A stretch of 64,000 nt of DNA. Source: Octopus vulgaris (lineage: Eukaryota). Shown piece after piece: positions 55,255-64,000 of this stretch (the first letter of the stretch is position 1; each line of letters opens with the position of its first letter). The position numbers and the translations under genes were made by a program. The notes under the pieces are model-generated. The model searched no databases. It was not told the DNA's origin and worked only from the letters and a program-made list of their open reading frames with translations. The DNA lies in assembly GCA_951406725.2 (NCBI GenBank), contig OX597822.1, forward strand, positions 66,836,001-66,900,000. Reading direction: 5' to 3'.

Positions 55255-56028
55255 TAAAAATAAATAAATGCGCCCTTTTAAAGCCTAGAGAGGCTCATGG
55301 GCCCGGTTTCCCGGTTCCTATGGCATATGTGTTCCCCAGCTGGGCGGGACGCCAGTCCGTCGCAGCGTCACTCATTTTTGCCAGGTGAGTGGACTGGAGC
55401 AACGTGAAATGAAGTGTTTTGCTCAAGAACACAAAGCGTCGCCCGGTCCAGGAATCGAAACCAAAATCTTCCGATCATGGTGCTGACACCTTAACCACTA
55501 AACCACGCGCCCCCACTTGCGCCCTTTTAAAGCCTAGCCAGGGTCTTGGGCCAGGTATCCCGGTTTCAATGGCGTATGTGTTCCCCAGCCTGGCGTATGT
55601 GTTCCCCACCCTGGCGTATGTGTTCCCCAGCGTCACTCATTTTTGCCAGGTGAGTGGACTGGAGCAACGTGAAATGAAGTGTTTTGCTCAAGAACACAAC
55701 GCGTCACCCGGTCCAGGAATCGAAACCACAATCGTACGGTCATGGTGCTGGCACCTTAACCACTAAACCACGCGCCCCCACTTGCGCCCTTTTAAAGCCT
55801 AGCCAGGCTCTTGGGCCCGGTTTCCCGGTTTCAATGGCGTATGTGTTCCCCAGCTGGACGGGACTCCAGTCCATCGCAGCGTTACTCATTTTTGCCAGCT
55901 GAGTGGACTGGAGCAACGTGAAATGAAGTGTTTGCTCAAGAACACAACGCGTCGCTCGGTGTAGGAATCGAAACCACAACCTTACGACCATGAGCTCAAA
56001 ACCCTAAACTCTAAGCCACGCGCCTCCA
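55255..56028 (-). mobile_element. Head-to-tail trimer of tRNA-derived SINE family C under one 14-bp TSD
   Basis: Units ~55269-55517, 55518-55782, 55783-56028; TSD CACGGTTCAGGAAA at 55241-55254 and 56029-56042; single (TTTA)n tail. Confidence 0.93.
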
Positions 56029-58549
56029 CACGGTTCAGGAAAACAACACAAAATTCTAATCCTATGTTGTTTTCTCTCAGCAACTCTGTTGTCATTTATG
56101 AATAGTTTCACTGAAAGATGTTTAGTAAATATATACTGCTTATACGAAAAAAGAATCTGAACACTCCTACACATCATTAATCTTCACTAGAGTGTTCAAC
56201 TATGTAGGTTACTGAGCGCAACGAATAATTAGTTCATTCCCGTTTGATCTGCAACAAAGGTTTTGACACCTTGAGAAATAAATGAAAAATTAATGAATCA
56301 ATTTCTGTTATACTCTTGAAAGGCTGCAATGTGTTTCCACGATTGCAACGTGTGGAATTGCTTCAGTTTCAATAGCACGTCATTGATCATTGTAAACGCC
56401 AAGCAAGTATCACATACGAAATGCATGTATAATGATTTTGTTGAAAGGAATATGAAAACGAAATAAGAAAATCTGTCACTAGATGTTACTTAAGATAAAA
56501 CTACCATATTTTGAAACATTCCAGAAAAATAGTATATCATGTTATTAGTTGTAATTATTAAAGTTTCAGCTAGTTCGGATCATACACCTATAATATGTTG
56601 TTTTTTTTTGTTTGTTTATTTCTTGTTCACTCTCTCTTTTTTTTGCTTATACATCAAAAAAAGGGAACATTAGCGGAAAAGATTTTTTATTGTGGGTGAC
56701 GGCTAAGAGAGAAAGAAACCACAATTAATGGTTGGAGGAGAATGGAGATACACAAAGGGACATTTAGTGCTCCTCAGACTGGAGGCCAATTCTATGTGCG
56801 CAGAAAGGAAGAAGGTTCACTATAGACAAATGTTGATAATAAACCAGGTGACACACTATGTAAAAATGTTATAACGTAAAGAGTCTTCGTACTATACTAT
56901 TTGTGGTAAATCAAGTGTTTAAATGGTTCTCTAATATTTTGCCATCAACCAATACAGGGAAACCAAGAGACACAATTGCAATAGAACTACAATTAAGCAT
57001 GTTTTAATTGCATAAAAATAGAAAATAAATAAATGAGCTAAATAAAGACTATTACTTATCAACTGAGACTGATATCACAAAATTACCTCAAATGTAAGTG
57101 TTTAGGAAAAAGCACTAACATTACAAGATGTCAAATATTCTTTCATTGCAAAAGCCCAAGCTGTACGCGTTTCCAACAATTTATTTTCTTTCGTTCACTA
57201 CTCAACTATTCCTTCCTGAAATTCTACAGGTTCACTATTCTAATATTTTCAGAGTTACAAAACATTGCCTATCAGATGTGCATTCATTCTAAAAGCAGGC
57301 TGGAGGCTTTATTTCACAATTCCGAATGGCAATACTGCCATTAAAGGTATTTTCAACAAATATAATAATAGGAAATTAATTGTACATGTTGCCATATTTT
57401 CTGAACTTTCTTTCAATCCTCATATGTCACAATAGCCGATGCCATTTTCTTCTGGTTATTTATTTCCTCTAAAAACCCCAAAGCTGTCCATTTGAACTGA
57501 AGGCTATTAAAATAAGAATTATTAAAACGTTATCTCTTTCAGCAGACCTGATAATGCGGAGTCTATTCCGCGTATTTTCTCTCTATTTGCAATCGACAGC
57601 GTTATTATACGTTATTATACAGCTGCGAGTATTGCTTCATAACAATTGTACGATTTTTCATATTTCTGTTTCCTTTCTCTATGGCAGCGCATTTATATTC
57701 ATTAACATTCACTGTATTTTTTAAAAATTGTGCTATCTGCTAACATATTTTTTTTTTTGCAGAATATCTCACAGGCTTTCTACATCTTGGATTACTGATT
57801 TCTTTTCCTTCTGTGTTTCTTTTATTAATTTTATTATCGCCTTGTTCTTGTTGAAATTCATAACATCTTATCACTGGTTTACGTTAGTGATTTATGATTT
57901 TAGTAAAGCTCAATCTTTCTCGTATTCCTTTAGTTTATCGTTGTTTGTATATAAATACAGTTCTATTTCTGTCCTTTCGTAAGCATAATACTGTTACTTG
58001 GTATTTTCGTATTGCGGATTTAAGTTACTAAGATAAACTTGAACGAAACTCGAAATAAAATATAACTGCCTTTCAGAATTAATGCTAGATTTCGGACATA
58101 AATAAGTCATTGAAATGTTTAGTTTATGAAGCCTCTATATGATGACAGACGACGGGTGGCATGTTATTTTTTTTTATTTTTGAAAACACTACAAGAGTCA
58201 GCACACTGATGAATATGTACAAATAGAATTGGTTATTTTGGGAGCTAGGTCGAGAAATCTATAAAAGACTCTAGTAGAGCAGAATTATAAATAACGTTAA
58301 ATGCATGCGATTGACTTTGAACGAAAATGTTTGCAGTGTATTACTAATATCAATAGGAAAACACATTCATGGTTTATAATATGTGAGACTGAATATACTA
58401 CCCAACATACATCTCATACTCCACAGTACAACACATACACAGGTACAAGCACACACACACACACATACACACACATATATATATGTATGTATATGTATAT
58501 AAATATATATATGTGTGTGTGTATATATATATATATATACATACAAACT

Positions 58550-58585
<36 letters not shown>

Positions 58586-60400
58586 CAAATACACATATAT
58601 GTACACACACACACATATATAGAGAGAGAGAGAGACAGACAGACAGACAAACAGACGGACGGACGGACAGACAGACAGATACTGGGATTAATAATAGAAA
58701 TCCAAAGAAACCACTTAATCAAATTTACATTCAACTAATTAACATCAGTATTTTAATTTTTCGTCCATTCTGTTGCATGTCAGAGTCTGTTTGTTGATTG
58801 ATTTTGTAGCATATTAGATTTTATATGTGAATGGGCTGATAGCCTCTTAGCACAAACCCTCTCCAAATTTTAAGATGGCGGCCAAAACGCGACACTGCAT
58901 ATGGTCACCTAGGTTTCTTTTTTCCAACGCAACCGATTCCCAGATAGAGAGAGAGAGAGACAGACATACAGACAGACAGACAGAGACAGATAGATAGACA
59001 CGCAGATAAATGGACAGAGAGAGAAGAGGAAAATGAAGGAATGAGAGGGAAATAGGACCTCTTATTTGACTGACATTTTATTTATTAAACACGATACGAT
59101 TAAAAGAAAAAAAAACACCTCACTCAGATTTAAACTGCAATCGCAAATTGCTGTTCTAATAACTGAAAATTATTTTCTACTACACACTTCTCATAAAAAT
59201 ATGCAGCTACGAATTGTATATCATGAAGTCGTAAATTGAAAAGCATTCTACACTGGGGCCCAAATGAAATATTTTAAGAAGAAACGGTTATTTCACATCA
59301 GATAAATCTACTTCAAGTGTTAAATGAATGTAGTAATCTGGCCACTATATCAAAGAGAAAAGTCTTATTCAGTCGCTCGACTTATAAGAAATAGCAGCCA
59401 AATAAAAATAAAGCAATCTCATAAATGTTTATAGAACGATGTCGATAATTGATTCCTAGATTTACAACCACTGAGAAATATAACGATTTGATCACAATTG
59501 GAATGAATATTAACATTGATCTGTGACGCTTGGTGTGATATCGAGCTAAACAACTTAAGCCATTGAAGCAGCAAATTGTTGCGACTTAACAGCTGATCAA
59601 ACATGATTGATCCGATTGATGAAATTACAACCGAAAGTATCATTTTTGTTCAGAGGTGTAGTATACTACATTCAATATGGCGTTTACTTAACACATTAAC
59701 ACTTTTTACTTATTTACCAGATTAAATTTTGGTTTTAAGAACATTTGATTACTGTTTCTTGCAGTCTGAACCTCCAAAGAGACCATCCTCCTGAAACTTT
59801 GAAAACGCTATGGAGTATTCGAATATATTGCATTAGATTTCAATATTGATGCTTCTGGTATTGTCAACGAAAAATAATTATATAATACTTGGTGATACAT
59901 CAAGCTTCAATAGCTAAATATTAGGAACGTCGTAGTCATATTATGATAATTCTTTTAGAAAACAAAGGAAGCAAACAAAACTCTAATAAACATAAGTTCT
60001 ATAATAAAAATTTGATTTAATATTATGTAGTGTATATATTAATATGTACAAATAAATGCATCGATAATTTTTTATAGAATCGGTAAAAGATATTATTTAT
60101 TCGAATTCGGTGTAACCAGGTGATACAATACTAAAATAGTATATGGAACATTAACGATATCTAATTCATTAGAATTAATAAAAAGCTATGCACAAACAGT
60201 ATCACGCACGCAAACTTATATATATATATATGTGTGTGTGTGCGTGTGTGTGTGTGTGTGTGTGTTTCTGTGTATGTGTGTATAGGTAGATATATACATA
60301 TAGATAGATAGGTAAATAAATATATAGATACAGACAAACATACATGCATACACATGCATATATACATACATACATATATGTGTGTGTTTGCGTGGGTATG

Positions 60401-60550
60401 GGCGCAGGCATGTGTGTGGTAAGAAGCTGGCTTCCTAACTCCAGGGTCCCGAGTTCAGTCCCATTGCAAGTGTTTCTACTATATTGTCGAGCCGAGCAAA
60501 GCCTTGTGAGTGGATTTAATAGAAGGAACCTGAAAGAAGCCCGTCGTATA
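60401..60550 (+). mobile_element. SINE family A, 5' half
   Basis: GGCGCAGG..TGTGTGGTAAG, GAGTTCAGTCCC, AAAGCCTTGTGAGTGGATTT, GAAAGAAGCCCGTCG. Confidence 0.85.
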
Positions 60551-60699
60551 TATTTATATATATGTATTTGTATGTGTGCGTCTGTGTGTACATCTGTGTG
60601 TGTGTGTGTGTGTGTGTGCGTGCGTGCGTGCGTGTAGTTAGATGGAGAGAAAAACATAGAGATGGAAAAGCCGACCGTTTCGGGGAATGCTCTTAGTTC

Positions 60700-61045
60700 A
60701 ATATTGCACAAATTACGTTGGCATCAATTTTTAAATCAATCCAAGTCTTAGCCCCGTTCTATCAGCCTACTACAAAAATCGAACTCGGTACACATAGCAA
60801 CATTGCATCACAATTACTTTGCCTCAACCGGTCCATCTCTCTTTAATACCATTCTAAAATACCTCAAAACGGAAACGGATCCCATAAAATTCAAATGTTT
60901 ACTAGAGAAATTTCTCCCAAAAATTCCGGACCAACCTTCTACACCCAGATATGTCTCCAACAATATTAATTCTTTGCTAGAGCGCGCTATGGTGCCCCAT
61001 ATATGAATAAAATACTTCACAACGTGGTGCTACTGTGTTAGAGAC
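60700..61045 (+). mobile_element. Older 3' fragment of CR1-group LINE family 1
   Basis: HNYFASTGPSLFN...KTETDPIKFK...IPDQPSTPRYVSNNINSLLE aligns with the C-terminus of 9537-10892; 3' UTR GTGGTGCTA shared. Confidence 0.9.
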
Positions 61046-61201
61046 TTTAAAATCTTATAAGGTATGGCTAGAAGAGACTCTAAATAAGGTATTATTTGCC
61101 AACCCTCGCAAAAATATATGTATTGCAGGAACTTTCAGTTAATGTCTATCTTTATAAGTATACGTAAAAGCAAACACTAATAAAATACATATAGACACAT
61201 A

Positions 61202-61257
<56 letters not shown>

Positions 61258-61647
61258 TGTGGGCGCGTGCATTGTGTGTTTATGTATGTTTGCGTCGTGT
61301 ATGCGGGTGCGTATGTGTATGTGCCAAGGCAGTATTTGAATAAAATCTTTATGGAAGACGTCGGAAAAACAGATGCTACAGGTTTTTCAGGAAAAATCTA
61401 TTTCAAGAGGCATTATGCTAAAGAAAAAACATATCTTTCAGAACTGGGTAATAGCGACAGGTATACATTTTGCCGTTTTAGCGACTTATCAAAGTCAAGC
61501 GCTCGTGTTACTTGGATACGAGAAGGAATCCGCTAGTTTTAAGTATACATAGATAGTGTATAGCTATAGTTTTCTGAAATGACGTTGAGTATGCGGAGCA
61601 CAATTCGAATTATGTATATCTATATATATATATATATATATATAAGT

Positions 61648-62145
61648 AATTAAGGGTTTAGCAACGATTTGCCTCACCACACACCGAATTTAGAAATAGC
61701 AGTCAAAGAGTTATAGCTATTCTTTCTACTAAAAGGGAGATCTCAGTAAAACCACAGCACTTGAAAGGCAAACACAGACAGGCAAGAGAGAAAGAAATGA
61801 CAACAATCGATCATACAATATTAAGTCACCTACGGACGTACGTTGCGAAATTAAGTTTTAGGAAAGCATAAGAATTAGATAATTATGTCTTAACCAAATT
61901 TTTTTCTCATCAGCGTAGGACACTACAATTATGAATAATTGTATATTAAATTTCGAGGTACTAGAAGACATCATCTCAACTCAGTATCAGAGCGAGCTAA
62001 AGCCGTTACCAGTATCACCAAATTCAAAGTGTGATACTTAGTATTACTTAAACTTTCCTCGAATGGGGCTTTTACGTGCCGAAATCTACTTGGTAAAATT
62101 AATGATTATTCCAAATTAATTAATTTCACCCTATATTATTACTGA

Positions 62146-62150
<5 letters not shown>
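61648..62150. mobile_element. (TA)n-flanked, probably Penelope-like non-autonomous element
   Basis: Bounded by (TA)n on both sides; starts AATTAAGGG...TAGAAATAGCAGTCAAA and ends CACCCTATATT; contains a hammerhead-like motif. Confidence 0.55.
61829..61919 (-). ncRNA. Degenerate type-I hammerhead ribozyme (A13C)
   Basis: Minus strand CCTACG-CTGATGA-GAAA...TTTC-GCAA-CGTACG-TC-CGTAGG. Perfect 6-bp stem I, palindromic stem III, GUC site; GAAA is GCAA. Confidence 0.65.
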
Positions 62151-62209
<59 letters not shown>

Positions 62210-62567
62210 GCAATTTAAATATCCCACTTAATATAAATACATCGTGATAATTAAATTCACCACAGTATTCATTCGGAGACAATGTGTTTTTGGACGTACT
62301 GTGTCTAAAACCACTCGCTGACAGGAGGAACATCATAAGTATTTCTGTCCTATTGGGCGATCTCAATAGCTTGAACTCACAGCCAACATGCTTAGAAATA
62401 ATTCGTTACCACCTATGCATATATGCTTTCCTATGCAAGTACCTCCATCTATATTTGATTCTAAAGTCACGCACACTTACATATTCACGTCTACGTGTAT
62501 GTATGTATATATGTGTGTGCCTTTGTGTTATACATATATATATATGTGCGTATGCATAAAAATGTGT

Positions 62568-62995
<428 letters not shown>

Positions 62996-64000
62996 AAGTA
63001 CGTGTTTCCGTATGTGCATCGGAGGATGAATGGGTATATTACTTCATTTGTTGGAATTCATTTATGCATTTTTCTTGAGCGCTAAAATGGCCCATCTGAA
63101 ATTTTCTATGAGAAAAGTGCTCTTATATGTGAACAATTGGACATCGACTCCATGTTCAGATGCATACTTACCATTTTACATTCGATACTCGTTTATATAG
63201 AGCAAAATTCCATTCAGCGTACCGGTTTCAATATATAGTTTTATTTCATTTTATGTTGTACAGTATTCTTTTTGTATTAAAGTTTATATTTCTTGCTACG
63301 TTGAATAACCAGTGATAAAGTTTAGATGTTGTTCTGTTCATGCTGACATAATCAGCCCAAGTATACGCTGCTGAGCCGACAGTTGGAAATTTGGGATGCG
63401 AAAAATACCGCACTCATTGCCCAGAAAAGGAAACTAGAAACTTCTCTGTGTAGCACGCATTGCATTGGTTCTAAATGATTTCAAATATGACTTTTGAAAC
63501 TCATATTCGGATAATAGTTGGTAACGTTTTCACACGATTCACTTAAACGTATCACCTTTCTACACATAGTTGACAAATTGTCACACAATATTTATTCACC
63601 TTCGTTCCATCAGTTCTCTTTAATTTCTATTTAACGGAGTACAAAACACATCGCTTTCTATTACGTATAGTACAAAAGTTATCGCTCTTTTCATCTTTCA
63701 GGAGAATTTTTCAGATTTTTGTGTTTCTTTTTTTTTTCTGCGTTTCTTTATTTCGTTACAGACCTATTCCATGATTACTGGTTTGTTCGTGCACTTGCGT
63801 GTATAACTGGTGTGACAATCAAAACGTCAGAAATTATAAACTTTCTTCAAACCATTCCATATTCATTCAGTTCTATGAGACCGATGGACTAGTAACTGTC
63901 TAAGAGTTAGGTTAGATGTATTCCAAGAACTAATTCGAACAGGTAGCAGTTTGGGGAAATTACAAGAGAAAAGAATACCTGATCTACCGCAAAAATATCA

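Noticed and set aside
55269-56028. Tandem units as CRISPR array or retrozyme
   Set aside because: No repeat-spacer structure and no hammerhead core; units have tRNA-like A/B boxes.
61689-61710. TAGAAATAGCAGTCAAA resembles the Cas9 sgRNA scaffold GCTAGAAATAGCAAGTTAAA
   Set aside because: The sgRNA GAAA loop is synthetic, flanks do not match, and the motif belongs to a eukaryotic repeat; coincidence.

Overview
AT-rich, microsatellite-dense animal non-coding DNA (intron or intergenic). The SINE/LINE repertoire suggests an octopus/cephalopod genome, but this is inference. No host protein-coding gene, tRNA, rRNA or CRISPR array can be supported; most ORF-track entries (YI/YT/VC-rich) are translated (TA)n/(CA)n microsatellites. 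DNA transposons: a hAT relic (1-1043), several Tc1/mariner elements and a mariner MITE. LINEs: a decayed RTE ending in three C2H2 fingers; two CR1-group families, including young copies nested in a SINE and in a Tc1; an ORF1-only L1/Tx1-like element; a probable R4/Dong relic; a Penelope GIY-YIG relic. Three tRNA-derived SINE families are present. The most interesting signals are: (i) a (TA)n-associated element family with shared termini, fold-back inversions and degenerate minimal type-I hammerhead ribozyme motifs (Penelope-like); (ii) perfect 105-bp and 59-bp inverted repeats that abut (TA)n tracts; (iii) SINE dimers/trimers inserted as single units under one TSD, with a recurrent self-complementary junction. 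All coordinates were read by eye and may be off by a few bases.
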